Origin: Lachnospiraceae bacterium
Lineage (GTDB): Bacteria > Bacillota > Clostridia > Lachnospirales > Lachnospiraceae
Length of the DNA: 64,000 nt
NCBI GenBank assembly: GCA_024403485.1
Contig: JAKSRT010000002.1
Location: 22,331-86,330, forward strand
Direction of reading: 5' to 3'
Part shown: positions 54,966 to 64,000 of the stretch, piece by piece
How the letters are laid out: each line of letters begins with the position of its first letter
Numbering within the stretch: position 1 is the stretch's first letter
Translations under genes and position numbers: made by a program
The notes under the pieces: generated by a model
Told to the model about the DNA's origin: nothing
What the model saw: only the letters and a program-made list of their open reading frames with translations
The model's database searches: none

Positions 54966-56438
54966 CTAAAAGATAAATCCAAGTGCTATATCCTTAAGAT
55001 ATGTAATCAAAGGAGCTGAGTACATTCCAAGAACTGCGATAGTAATAACCAGTATGGCGAAGGGCAGCTTCATCATCCAGGAAGGGTCTTTTTTGAGACC
55101 TTCAAGATCTGCCATTTCGGCATTTAAAGGCCTGAAATACATGGCAATCACTACTGAGAAAAGATAAATGGCGGTAAGTATTGCCGAAATAATCAAAGTA
55201 GTAATTGCAATGCCTGCAATAAAGGAATTACACTGCGCTGCGGCAGTTAAAAGATTCCATTTTGATACAAAGCCGCAGAAGGGAGGAATACCTACCATTG
55301 CTATGGCACCGACGGTGAAAATGGCGCAGGTGTAAGGCATTATTTTGCCCATTCCGCGAAGATCCTGCACATATTCTTTTCCGGTTTTTACAAGAACCGC
55401 ACCGGCACAGTAAAAGAGCATTATCTTCATTACACCGTGGAAAACCAGATGGCTTAATCCGCCTACCATTCCGGCGGGAGTCATAAGTGCAGCACCCATA
55501 AGCATATAGCTTAAGTTTGAAATAGTGGAATAGGCCAGTCGTCTTTTAAAATGCTGCTCTTTTACCGACATGGATGAACCGTAAAGAATGGTTGCGCAGG
55601 CAAGTGTTAAAACAACATAGTGCTGAAGCGAGCCTCTTAAAAAATCACATCCGAAGGAATAATAGGTTACGCGAATAACGGCAAAAGCACCGGTATTAAC
55701 CACCGCAACAGCATGGAGAAGAGCAGTAACGGGAGTTGGTGCCACCGAGGCTGTAGGAAGCCACTTGCTCATTGGAAGCACGGCAGCTTTTGTACCGAAT
55801 CCGATAAATGCAAGAACGTATGCCCATCTGAGTAGGTTTTCGTTTCCGCTTATAAGCGAAGGATTTAACACACCACCGAGAACAAATTCAGTGGTATCCG
55901 AGTAGAAAATAATGAATACCATTGAAGTAAAAGCCATGGCTGCACCGGAAATGGAATAATATACATATTTTCTTCCGGCACGAATACTTGCCGCGTCCTG
56001 TTTATGAGTAACCAAAGGAAGAGTAATAAGTGTTAAGCACTCAATAAACATATTGAGTGTAAACAGATTTGCTGCTGTGGCAACGGCAATCGTGATGCCG
56101 TAGGTCATAGTATAGAAAGCAAAGAAAGAATTGGGTCTTTCCTCATGAGTCATATATTCAAAGCCGTAAAGAGAGGCGAGGGGCCAAAGAAAAGCCACCA
56201 GCCCCAAGAATATGGAACTCATGCCGTCTATCCTAAAGCAGATTGTCAAGCCGTCCATTATGGTATAGAGGTTGTAAATCGTATCGGTTCTGTTAAGGAG
56301 CATATATCCGATTAAAAGGCTTGTAAGAATTACTATTGCTTCGACATAGATTCCGCGGGAACGAAGAGTTTTAAATTTAAACAGGGGAAGCAGTGCTCCA
56401 CCTATTAAAGGAAGTAATATAGCTATACAAATATGCAT
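54966..56438 (-). CDS. Mrp/Mnh antiporter subunit D-like
   Basis: 'FIECLT','GTKAAVLPMSKWLP','APTPVTALLHAVAVV','KRRLAYSTISNLSY','GFVSKW'. Confidence 0.85.
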   Translation of the reverse strand: MHICIAILLPLIGGALLPLFKFKTLRSRGIYVEAIVILTSLLIGYMLLNRTDTIYNLYTIMDGLTICFRIDGMSSIFLGLVAFLWPLASLYGFEYMTHEERPNSFFAFYTMTYGITIAVATAANLFTLNMFIECLTLITLPLVTHKQDAASIRAGRKYVYYSISGAAMAFTSMVFIIFYSDTTEFVLGGVLNPSLISGNENLLRWAYVLAFIGFGTKAAVLPMSKWLPTASVAPTPVTALLHAVAVVNTGAFAVIRVTYYSFGCDFLRGSLQHYVVLTLACATILYGSSMSVKEQHFKRRLAYSTISNLSYMLMGAALMTPAGMVGGLSHLVFHGVMKIMLFYCAGAVLVKTGKEYVQDLRGMGKIMPYTCAIFTVGAIAMVGIPPFCGFVSKWNLLTAAAQCNSFIAGIAITTLIISAILTAIYLFSVVIAMYFRPLNAEMADLEGLKKDPSWMMKLPFAILVITIAVLGMYSAPLITYLKDIALGFIF

Positions 56439-56444
56439 TTTCTA

Positions 56445-57938
56445 TCAACGTCCTATCATGAAATTTGAAATAAAGCCAATTATCTGACCGGGGAACATTC
56501 CGATTAAAATAGACAAGGCTGTAAGTATAATCATGGGAACAAGCATCACATATGTAGGTTCGCAGTTTGGAAATTCGTTTTCGCCTGAACTTTCGTTTTC
56601 TGAATTCGATGTTCCGGGGAAAAACCCCTTTATGCTTATGGGAAGCAGATATCCTGCGGTAAGAAGGGCGGATATCAGCAAAATGGCGGGGCCAAGGTAA
56701 TTAAATACAGTGGAAATACTGTTCATGTCGAGAGCACCCTGGGCCAGATACCATTTTGAAACAAAACCAAGGCAGGGCGGGATGCCGATAAGCCCTACGC
56801 TTGTAAGGGTGAAACACCACATAACAATGGGCATCTGTTTTCCGATACCACGAAGTTCAAAAACTTTTGTTTTTCCGGTCTTTTCAATAATGGCACCTGC
56901 CGACATAAATAAAGTATCTTTAATAAGCGAGTGAGCAATTATATGTAAAAAAGCTCCTATCAGACCAAAAGGTGTAAGAGTTGCAATTCCAAACAGTACA
57001 TAACTGACCTGAGAAACGGATGAATAAGCAAGTCGTTTCTTAAGCACTTTTTCACGAAAGGCCAAAAGGGAACCCATTAAAACAGTGAAAAGAGTAAGGC
57101 AGATAAACGTGTACTGCACCCAGGTTCCGCGAATAAATCCTGCTCCGATAAAGAAGAAAACAACGCGGATAACGCCAAGTACACCGGTTTTTGTAATAAT
57201 ACCCGAGAGAACCGCTGATGCCGGAGATGGCGCAGCGGGATGGGCTGTAGGGAGCCAACCGTGAAGAGGGAACATACCTGCTTTTGTACCAAAACCTACA
57301 AGCATGAGCAAGCATGCGATAAGTACTCTGGTTTCGTGCCCGTTTATTACGGTATAATTTAACACTCCTTCGGATGAGAAAGCAAAGCCGCTTACATAAG
57401 GAGATATTAGGAATATACCAAGAAGAACCAAGGATGCGCCCACAACTGAGTAAATAAGGAATTTAACACCTGCGGCCACGGCATCCTTTTTCATGGTATG
57501 CATTACCAAAGGCACGGACATAAGACTCATCATTTCATAGAACATGTAATATGTAATAATGGTTGCCGAAAAGCATAGGGCAAAAAGAACGCCCATTGTA
57601 CACAGATAGAAGCAGTAAAATCTGTTTAAATGCCCTTCATGAGCCATATATTCAAAAGAATATGCACCGGCGAGGGTCCATACTACCGCAATCAGTACCG
57701 CAAAGAATTTTCCTACGGGGTCATTTTTTAAAACGACCGGCAGGCTGTCCGATAATGTAAAGAGCTTAAGGGAAAGCTCCGGGTTTAAAAGAACCGGAAG
57801 CAATGAGCAGGCACTTGCTATAAGCATGGTAAGAACAAAAGCAGTGCGGGCTTTTTCTTTTGCCAAGGGCTTTAATGAAATTGAGCAAATTCCGCCGGCA
57901 AGGGGCAGCAGTATCGGTATGAGTAATAATAAGTTCAT
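56445..57938 (-). CDS. Mrp/Mnh antiporter subunit D-like
   Basis: 'FYEMMS','GTKAGMFPLHGWLPTAHPAAPSPASAVLSG','LKKRLAYSSVSQ','GFVSKW'. Start moved to ATG 57938 after GGAGG. Confidence 0.85.
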   Translation of the reverse strand: MNLLLLIPILLPLAGGICSISLKPLAKEKARTAFVLTMLIASACSLLPVLLNPELSLKLFTLSDSLPVVLKNDPVGKFFAVLIAVVWTLAGAYSFEYMAHEGHLNRFYCFYLCTMGVLFALCFSATIITYYMFYEMMSLMSVPLVMHTMKKDAVAAGVKFLIYSVVGASLVLLGIFLISPYVSGFAFSSEGVLNYTVINGHETRVLIACLLMLVGFGTKAGMFPLHGWLPTAHPAAPSPASAVLSGIITKTGVLGVIRVVFFFIGAGFIRGTWVQYTFICLTLFTVLMGSLLAFREKVLKKRLAYSSVSQVSYVLFGIATLTPFGLIGAFLHIIAHSLIKDTLFMSAGAIIEKTGKTKVFELRGIGKQMPIVMWCFTLTSVGLIGIPPCLGFVSKWYLAQGALDMNSISTVFNYLGPAILLISALLTAGYLLPISIKGFFPGTSNSENESSGENEFPNCEPTYVMLVPMIILTALSILIGMFPGQIIGFISNFMIGR

Positions 57939-57948
57939 TGCAAGCCTC

Positions 57949-59442
57949 CTAACCAAACATAATAATGCCACGATTGATGGCATTTATGAAATATTGTGAC
58001 ATGACACCAAGACCTATATTCAACAGGGCAAAAAGAATAAGTGAGACTCTGAAGAGAAACTCGGGCTTTTTGACCGGGATTTCATAGGCATGGTCGGTGA
58101 TTCTGTATAAAGTAATAACGGTCTTTAAGAAATAAACCGTATTAAGGGCAGTGGAAGCCATCAGGACAACTACTACAAGGACGGCGTGAATACCACCATA
58201 TTCAAGACCCGCAAGCGCAAAATTCAATTTGCTTGAAAAACCGCCCAGGAACGGAAAACCTACCATGCTGAGAGCGCCTATGCTGAAGGCAATTCCGGCA
58301 AGAGGTGCACGGTATCCGCTACCACGTAAATACTTGAATTCGTCGTGATGATCGGAAGCATCCACAAGAGCTCCTGCAGCCAGGAACAGCATAGCCTTAC
58401 ATACCGCATGGGAGAAGATATGAAACATAGCTGCCATCATACCAAACTGGGTGCCAAGACCTATTCCCATAAACACATATCCGATTTGCGCTACCGACGA
58501 GTAGGCCGTCATTCGACGAATATCATTTTGCTTAATGGCTGAGAAGGAGCCCATAAGCATACCTACAAGACCGAAAACAAAGAGCACATTGTGGATACCT
58601 GTTTCTTTATACAAATCAAGACCGATTACCCTGTAAATGATTTTAATTAACAGGAAAATGTATCCTTTACTTACCAGAGAAGAAAGAACTGCCTGAGAAG
58701 CGGGAGTGGAATATCCGTATGCATCAGGAATCCATTTGTGGAAGGGGAAAAGTCCGCTCTTAATGGCAAGGCCGATGGTAATAAGGGCAATAACAACCGT
58801 AAGGGGTTCCTTGTATTGACCGGTTTTTGCAAGGGTGTCAATTGCTTCGTGCATATTACTCATAAGAAGGTGACCGGTCAAATCATAAAGAATTATTATT
58901 CCCATTAGGAAAAGCGAAGATCCTATCAGGTTCATAATCATATATCTTGTTGCGGCAACCAGTGTGCGGCCTCTTGTGCGTGCTGCAATAAGTGCGGCGG
59001 CAGCGATAGTCATTATTTCCACAAATACATAAGCAGTAAAGATATCATTGGTATAAACCTGTGCCATAAGGGCTGAGTCAAGCAAAAGCATGAGAACACA
59101 GTAGAGATTGTGCTTGTCGCTAAGTACATGCTCTTTAAGCTTCTTTATACCGCCTATATAGGAAAGAAACATAATAAATGCAAAAAAGCCTGCGGTTACT
59201 GCTTCCAGTTCTCCGGCTCGAATTTCGTTACCCCATGGTGCCGGATAATGCCCCATCATATAGGTATAGGACTGACCGTAAAAACGCATTAATACTTCAA
59301 ATACTGCACTTAATACCGATACGGCAAAAAGAACAAATCCGGTCCAGCGTTTGGCAATTTTACCTTTTAAAACGCTGGTGGCGGCAGCAGAACCCAAAGG
59401 AAGAAGGATGCAGACAAAGGGTATGGATTTCCAAAGTTCCAT
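57949..59442 (-). CDS. mnhD: Mrp/Mnh antiporter subunit D
   Basis: 'PAPWGNE','DIFTAYVFVEI','IKSGLFPFHKWIPDAY','RRMTAYSSVAQIGY'; directly follows mrpC. Confidence 0.85.
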   Translation of the reverse strand: MELWKSIPFVCILLPLGSAAATSVLKGKIAKRWTGFVLFAVSVLSAVFEVLMRFYGQSYTYMMGHYPAPWGNEIRAGELEAVTAGFFAFIMFLSYIGGIKKLKEHVLSDKHNLYCVLMLLLDSALMAQVYTNDIFTAYVFVEIMTIAAAALIAARTRGRTLVAATRYMIMNLIGSSLFLMGIIILYDLTGHLLMSNMHEAIDTLAKTGQYKEPLTVVIALITIGLAIKSGLFPFHKWIPDAYGYSTPASQAVLSSLVSKGYIFLLIKIIYRVIGLDLYKETGIHNVLFVFGLVGMLMGSFSAIKQNDIRRMTAYSSVAQIGYVFMGIGLGTQFGMMAAMFHIFSHAVCKAMLFLAAGALVDASDHHDEFKYLRGSGYRAPLAGIAFSIGALSMVGFPFLGGFSSKLNFALAGLEYGGIHAVLVVVVLMASTALNTVYFLKTVITLYRITDHAYEIPVKKPEFLFRVSLILFALLNIGLGVMSQYFINAINRGIIMFG

Positions 59443-59444
59443 CG

Positions 59445-59816
59445 CTATTTTTCCTCCTTCCGGGCGAGTCTTGTAATCTTGTCTATATCAAGTGTGTGAT
59501 ATCTTCGATAAAGGCGGACTGTAAGGGCCAGCATAACCGCAGAGCAGGCAACGCTTACCACAATACCGGTAAGAACAAGGCCTGCGGGAATGGGGATAAT
59601 ATAAGCACCCATTTCGGTTACTCCGTCAACAACAATAGGAGCTTTTCGCCCGCGAATAAATCCTTTGGCGGCAAGAAAAAGATATACTGCACTGTCCGTC
59701 ATGGAGAAGCCGATAATTTTCTTTATCATATTTTTATCAAGCAAAAGGACGGTGAAACCGATACCGAATAGAATCATAGCGGCGATTTCTTCGTAATTAC
59801 CCAACATGGAAAGCAT
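59445..59816 (-). CDS. mnhC: Mrp/Mnh antiporter subunit C
   Basis: 'NMIKKIIG', 'PIPAGLVLTGIVV'. Confidence 0.88.
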   Translation of the reverse strand: MLSMLGNYEEIAAMILFGIGFTVLLLDKNMIKKIIGFSMTDSAVYLFLAAKGFIRGRKAPIVVDGVTEMGAYIIPIPAGLVLTGIVVSVACSAVMLALTVRLYRRYHTLDIDKITRLARKEEK

Positions 59817-60830
59817 TTACATATCCCCCTTTCTGAACAGTGTATAGAAAGCATACATGGTACAGCAAACAACCAAACCTACCGCCAAATTAAGGTACGG
59901 AATAAGTCCGGCGGAAAACAGTTTGCCGGGAGTTCCGGGGCTTATAATGGAATGTAAATGGTTGGCACCGGTAAAGAAACTGTATGCTTTTGAAACAGCA
60001 TAAAATGAAAGGGCACATACCGATACAGCCTTAAAGGTCTTAAAGGTGAAGAAACGTTCTGTTTTTTCAAAACCAAAGGCGTTTAGGTATAAAATCAGGG
60101 CAGCACCCATAACAGCACCTCCTGAGAAGCCGCCGCCGGGTGAAATGTGACCATTCATAATAATGTACATACCAAATAAAAGTGTTAAGGGAACAAGAAT
60201 GGTTGCTGTAGTTTGAAGAATAATGTCGTCCTTGGGTTCATACATGCGGTCGTCGGCTTCCATTTCAAGCTGAACGGCAGCATCACCTTCTTTTTCCACT
60301 GATATTCTGAGAAGAATAAGAACCGCACAGGCGGCTACAAATAAAACATTACTTTCGCCCAGAGTATCAAAAGCTCTGTAGTCGAGAATCATTCCGGCTA
60401 CAATATTAACGGCTCCGGTTTCTTCCATTCCCTTCTCGATGTAACGCTCTGACACTTCGTTGTTTACCGGATTGTCAGGATTACCAAATTCCGGAAGGTA
60501 TTCAACCGTATTTAACAAAAGAGCAATGATTCCGATGCAGAAGGCCATGGCGGCAAGCATATAAAAGCGACGGGCATGTTTTGCTCCTTTGGATGTAAAT
60601 CCGGTATGGAGACTGTCATATACCGATTGCTCGTGCTCTAAAATATTATTTCTGATATCGTCTATATCTTTTTCGTGACGAAGCGCATCCTTTTGAAGTT
60701 CAACGCTTGAACTTGAGGGAGAAGTTTCGTCGTCAAATGAGGACATCATGGAGTCATCGAGCTTTCCGGAACCGATATCAAGCCAGTCCGTGAAACGTGA
60801 CCACCAGTTATTACTAATCTTCTTCGCCAT
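59817..60830 (-). CDS. mnhB: Mrp/Mnh subunit B (MbhE+MnhB-like fusion) with hydrophilic N-terminal extension
   Basis: 'NIVAGMILDYRAFDTLGE' and 'GHISPGGGFSGG'. Start moved to ATG 60830. Confidence 0.85.
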   Translation of the reverse strand: MAKKISNNWWSRFTDWLDIGSGKLDDSMMSSFDDETSPSSSSVELQKDALRHEKDIDDIRNNILEHEQSVYDSLHTGFTSKGAKHARRFYMLAAMAFCIGIIALLLNTVEYLPEFGNPDNPVNNEVSERYIEKGMEETGAVNIVAGMILDYRAFDTLGESNVLFVAACAVLILLRISVEKEGDAAVQLEMEADDRMYEPKDDIILQTTATILVPLTLLFGMYIIMNGHISPGGGFSGGAVMGAALILYLNAFGFEKTERFFTFKTFKAVSVCALSFYAVSKAYSFFTGANHLHSIISPGTPGKLFSAGLIPYLNLAVGLVVCCTMYAFYTLFRKGDM

Positions 60831-61089
60831 TGTTGTTGTCCTCCTTCTTTGTATGATCGATTGCATGAATTTTCTTAAGAGTTACAAGTAAAAGAAGCGA
60901 ATCGATGCCTGCACCGACTGCGGCCTCTGTTATGGCCAAATCCGGTGATTCAAGCAAAATCCAGATGATACTCATGGCAAGGCTTTGGCTCATAAAAACC
61001 ACTACAGCTGTTAACAGGTTTTTGGAGAAAGCAACCGTGATTGCACAGATTATTATAAAAATAAGAAGAATAATACTTAAAAGTTGCAT
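60814..61089 (-). CDS. Small Mrp subunit (DUF4040/MbhD-like)
   Basis: 91 aa, 3 TMs, 'SPDLAITEAAVGAG'. Confidence 0.85.
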   Translation of the reverse strand: MQLLSIILLIFIIICAITVAFSKNLLTAVVVFMSQSLAMSIIWILLESPDLAITEAAVGAGIDSLLLLVTLKKIHAIDHTKKEDNNNGEED

Positions 61090-61451
61090 TATTTACCCTC
61101 CTTAATCTGTTTAACAATATCCTTATCCAATACTTCCAGGTGTTCATCGATATTGTCATCTATAGTGGTTTCAAGATTCCCTATTAAATGGGAACATACC
61201 GGGCTTGTAAGCCATAAAAAAGCTATAACGACAAGAATTTTAAAACTTGTAAGTGTAAAGCCCAAAGCCACGATAACACCTAAAGACATGAAAAGAATAC
61301 CGACGGTGTCGAAAAGTGCACCGGCGTGAACACGGCTTAAGGAGTATTTGAATCTGAACAGACCAATTACTCCCGAAAGAAGAACAAACAGGCCTAAAAG
61401 AGTGAAAAGGGCGGAAAAACCGAAACGAACCCATTCGAAGTAATTATTCAT
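61089..61451 (-). CDS. mnhG: Mrp/Mnh antiporter subunit G
   Basis: 'GLFRF...RVHAG...DTVG', 'LTSPVCSH'. Start moved to ATG 61451. Confidence 0.85.
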   Translation of the reverse strand: MNNYFEWVRFGFSALFTLLGLFVLLSGVIGLFRFKYSLSRVHAGALFDTVGILFMSLGVIVALGFTLTSFKILVVIAFLWLTSPVCSHLIGNLETTIDDNIDEHLEVLDKDIVKQIKEGK

Positions 61452-61770
61452 TTTCTTTGGCCTCCTTCTTATTAATATGCCTCTTGCCGCGATAAACTCC
61501 GACATAAATCTTTGTTAAAAGTACTACGGCCAGGAAAGACAACATGGTATAAATCATTGCCACATCGGTGAGATAGCCTTCATTCATAAGGAACGCCAAG
61601 ATAATGATGATTATAACAACGGCAGTACTCATCATATTTATGGAAATAAGACGGTCGGCGATTCGTGGACCTATAGCGGCACGAACAAGGCAGAGCAAAA
61701 GAATAATTCCAATTACGATAAGGGCTCCGGTATAAAGCATAGAGTATGCTGTCATAACACTATCGGACAT
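61444..61770 (-). CDS. mnhF: Mrp/Mnh antiporter subunit F
   Basis: 'RAAIGPRIADR', 'DVAMIY'. Confidence 0.88.
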   Translation of the reverse strand: MSDSVMTAYSMLYTGALIVIGIILLLCLVRAAIGPRIADRLISINMMSTAVVIIIIILAFLMNEGYLTDVAMIYTMLSFLAVVLLTKIYVGVYRGKRHINKKEAKENE

Positions 61771-62236
61771 TTTCTTTTCCTCCTTCTATTTTCAGTAATT
61801 TCTCTTCCATTTCACTGCCTTCAAGATTGACGGAGAAAGATGAATCCAGGGCGTGAACAAGAAGCATATCATCTTTTATGGCAACGGTAATTGTACCGGG
61901 AGTAAGCGTTATTGAATTACCAAGAGCTGTTTTGCCGGCTTTTGATTTAAGTTTTGTCTTAAAACTTACCAGTTTCGGCTCGACTTCTTCACTTGGTGAC
62001 CAAATAAAGTGAATGGTCTGGAAAGAAGAAACTATTATCTCTTTAATAAGGAAAAGAAAATAAATAATGATTTTTGGAAGCCGACATAATATTTTGAATT
62101 CTTTTTTTGGAGAATATCCCATGAACTTCCATACGAAAAGATAGAGAAGACCGCTTAAAAAAAGACCTACGAGAACTATTTCCAATGTAACATGGCCGTT
62201 TAACATAAGCCAAAACAGAAAAAATACTACATACAT
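61760..62236 (-). CDS. mnhE: Mrp/Mnh antiporter subunit E
   Basis: 'FWLMLNG','NSITLTPGT','LLVHALD'. Confidence 0.9.
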   Translation of the reverse strand: MYVVFFLFWLMLNGHVTLEIVLVGLFLSGLLYLFVWKFMGYSPKKEFKILCRLPKIIIYFLFLIKEIIVSSFQTIHFIWSPSEEVEPKLVSFKTKLKSKAGKTALGNSITLTPGTITVAIKDDMLLVHALDSSFSVNLEGSEMEEKLLKIEGGKENVR

Positions 62237-62281
62237 ATAAAAACCTCATAATAATCTACATAACAATAATATCGCGACTAA

Positions 62282-62310
62282 ATTGTATTCCCAGTGTTTT
62301 TCTTCGTCAA
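62282..62310 (-). promoter_or_regulatory. Sigma-A promoter for the mrp operon
   Basis: On the minus strand, TTGACG-N17-TACAAT, ~45 nt before the mrpE ATG. Confidence 0.7.
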
Positions 62311-62423
62311 TAAAAAAAGGGACAAAGAAATCTTTGTTTCACGAGGGTTTTTGGTGTTTATTTCTAATTCCAAATAATATATAATTAACTGACTTTAAAT
62401 ATATATCCCATCGGAGAAGTGTT

Positions 62424-63908
62424 ATGCTCTTTAACTCTATTGAATTTTTACTGTTTTTCCCGATAGTTGTTCTTTTGTATTATCTTATTCCTAAAAAAGC
62501 CGGAAAAGTGTGGCTGCTTATTACAAGTTACTTTTTTTACATGTGTTGGAATGCGGCATATGCGATATTGATTTTAATTTCCACGGTTGTGACTTACGGT
62601 GCAGCTCTTCTAATGAATAGGACTGATTCGAAAAGTGCTAAAAAAGGATTTTTGATAGGAAATTTAGTTATTAATTTCGGAATTCTTTTCTTTTTCAAGT
62701 ATTTTGAATTCTTCCTTATGAATATAAGCTTCTTTGTGAAACTGTTTGGCGGGGATGCAATAAAGAATCCCTTCAGCCTTCTTTTGCCTGTCGGTATCTC
62801 TTTCTATACTTTCCAGGCTGTAGGTTATGCTATTGATGTTTACAGGGGGGATTTAAAGAGCGAAAAGAATTTTGTTACATATGCTCTGTTCGTAAGCTTT
62901 TTCCCTCAATTGGTAGCAGGCCCCGTTGAAAGAGCAAAAAATCTACTTCCGCAGATTAAAGATATGTCCTTTATAAGAAAAGCTTCCTACAACGATGTGG
63001 TATCGGGGCTGTGCGATATGGTATGGGGGCTTTTTTTGAAGATGGTAATCGCGGACCGAATTGCCTTGTTTGTTGACGGTGTATTTGCCAACACTTATAA
63101 GCTCGGAACAATAGAAACCGTTCTTGGTGCAATTGCTTTTGCCATTCAGATTTATTGTGATTTCGGCGGATATTCCGCAATCGCCATCGGTGCGGCCAAG
63201 GTTCTTGGTGTTGAGCTTATGAAGAACTTCGATACACCTTATTTCGCGGAAAGTATTGCAGAATTCTGGCATCGTTGGCATATATCACTGAGTACCTGGT
63301 TTAAGGACTATGTATATATTCCGCTTGGCGGAAACAGATGCTCTAAGGCAAAGAAGTACAGAAATCTTTTGATTACATTTTTGGTAAGCGGATTGTGGCA
63401 CGGCGCCAGTTGGACTTATGTTTTATGGGGCGGACTTCACGGTCTTTATCAGATTGTGGAGGATTTGCTTAAAAACACCTTTGGAAACATAAGGGCCGCA
63501 CTTAAAATAAATAAGGATACTTTTGGATATCATCTGGCGGCTAAAATCAGAACATTCCTTTTTGTTTCTTTTGCCTGGATATTTTTCAGGGCTGAAAGCG
63601 TCTCCCAAGCTTTCCTTTATATAAGAAGAATGATTACAAGATTCAATCCTTGGGTTTTGTATAACGAAAGTCTCTTTAAATTTGGACTGGACAGAACCGA
63701 AACTTGGATTCTTATGATTGCGATTGCTGTTCTTTTGCTTGTGGATATCGCACAATATAAGACAAAGAAAACACCCGGCGAGCTGCTGCTTAAAGAGAAT
63801 GTGCCGTTTAGATGGATTGCTGTTATTGTACTGGTTCTTATAGTTCTTGTTTACGGTGAATACGGAATTAACTTTGATTCCGGTAAGTTCATTTATTTCG
63901 ATTTCTAG
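62424..63908 (+). CDS. MBOAT family O-acyltransferase (AlgI/PatA/DltB-like)
   Basis: 'MLFNSIEF','LPVGISFYTFQ','FFPQLVAGP','YCDFGGYS','EFWHRWHISLSTWFKDYVYIPLGG','SGLWHGA','FIYFDF'. Confidence 0.93.
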   Translation: MLFNSIEFLLFFPIVVLLYYLIPKKAGKVWLLITSYFFYMCWNAAYAILILISTVVTYGAALLMNRTDSKSAKKGFLIGNLVINFGILFFFKYFEFFLMNISFFVKLFGGDAIKNPFSLLLPVGISFYTFQAVGYAIDVYRGDLKSEKNFVTYALFVSFFPQLVAGPVERAKNLLPQIKDMSFIRKASYNDVVSGLCDMVWGLFLKMVIADRIALFVDGVFANTYKLGTIETVLGAIAFAIQIYCDFGGYSAIAIGAAKVLGVELMKNFDTPYFAESIAEFWHRWHISLSTWFKDYVYIPLGGNRCSKAKKYRNLLITFLVSGLWHGASWTYVLWGGLHGLYQIVEDLLKNTFGNIRAALKINKDTFGYHLAAKIRTFLFVSFAWIFFRAESVSQAFLYIRRMITRFNPWVLYNESLFKFGLDRTETWILMIAIAVLLLVDIAQYKTKKTPGELLLKENVPFRWIAVIVLVLIVLVYGEYGINFDSGKFIYFDF

Positions 63909-63921
63909 GAAGGGGGCAATT

Positions 63922-64000
63922 ATGAAACTTAAAAGACTGATTGGTGCAGTTGTGTTTTCAATAGTGCTTACAGGCTGCATTCTTTTGACCTTCAGAACCC
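63922..64000 (+). CDS. 5' end of a membrane-anchored protein, possibly the MBOAT partner; truncated by the window edge
   Basis: ATG after AGGAAGGGGG; 'MKLKRLIGAVVFSIVLTGCILLTFRT' is open to the end of the window. Confidence 0.55.
   Translation, partial: MKLKRLIGAVVFSIVLTGCILLTFRT

Noticed and set aside
52888-62236. Respiratory complex I or energy-converting hydrogenase
   Set aside because: No NuoB/C/D/H/I or hydrogenase subunits; the small subunits are Mrp E/F/G/B/C types.
62237-62281. Na+/Li+ riboswitch upstream of the mrp operon
   Set aside because: The predicted leader is only ~40 nt, AT-rich and without stems.
1-64000. Short alternative-frame or antisense ORFs in the track (e.g. 59178-59771, 63423-63980, 17357-17872), and CRISPR, tRNA or rRNA
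   Set aside because: The short ORFs lie within well-supported genes and lack motifs or an RBS. I saw no spaced repeat array or structural RNA gene signature.

Overview
This window looks like a low-GC Firmicute chromosome segment; the gene content and protein styles resemble Lachnospiraceae/Butyrivibrio-like Clostridia (inference). About 49 kb (1-49.3 kb) is a surface-glycan locus. It encodes an O-antigen-ligase-like protein, several GT-C-like membrane transferases with three GtrB/ArnC-like GT2s, two DegT-family aminotransferases, a tandem double acyltransferase-3, SGNH proteins and a GH25 muramidase. It also carries rmlB/A/C (no rmlD), Wzm/Wzt, a methyltransferase-kinase fusion resembling the WbdD chain terminator, multi-domain GT2s, pgm, a priming phosphoglycosyltransferase and an LCP ligase. 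A 2574-aa secreted repeat protein sits inside the locus, and a near-perfect, internally deleted copy of its own 3' end plus terminator lies just upstream of it. Downstream are htrA, a divergent clpX, a 10-gene Mrp/Mnh-type antiporter operon with four NuoL/M/N-like subunits, and an MBOAT O-acyltransferase. The most notable signals are: (i) the 169-bp flanking repeat with a microhomology deletion; (ii) a ~140-nt multi-stem candidate RNA leader before rmlB; (iii) an apparent O9a-like cap-and-export module in a monoderm; and (iv) two in-frame stops in a short, heavily altered patch at the 5' end of the priming transferase. I saw no rRNA, tRNA, CRISPR, transposase, integrase or reverse transcriptase. 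All family assignments come from motif recognition by eye, not database searches.
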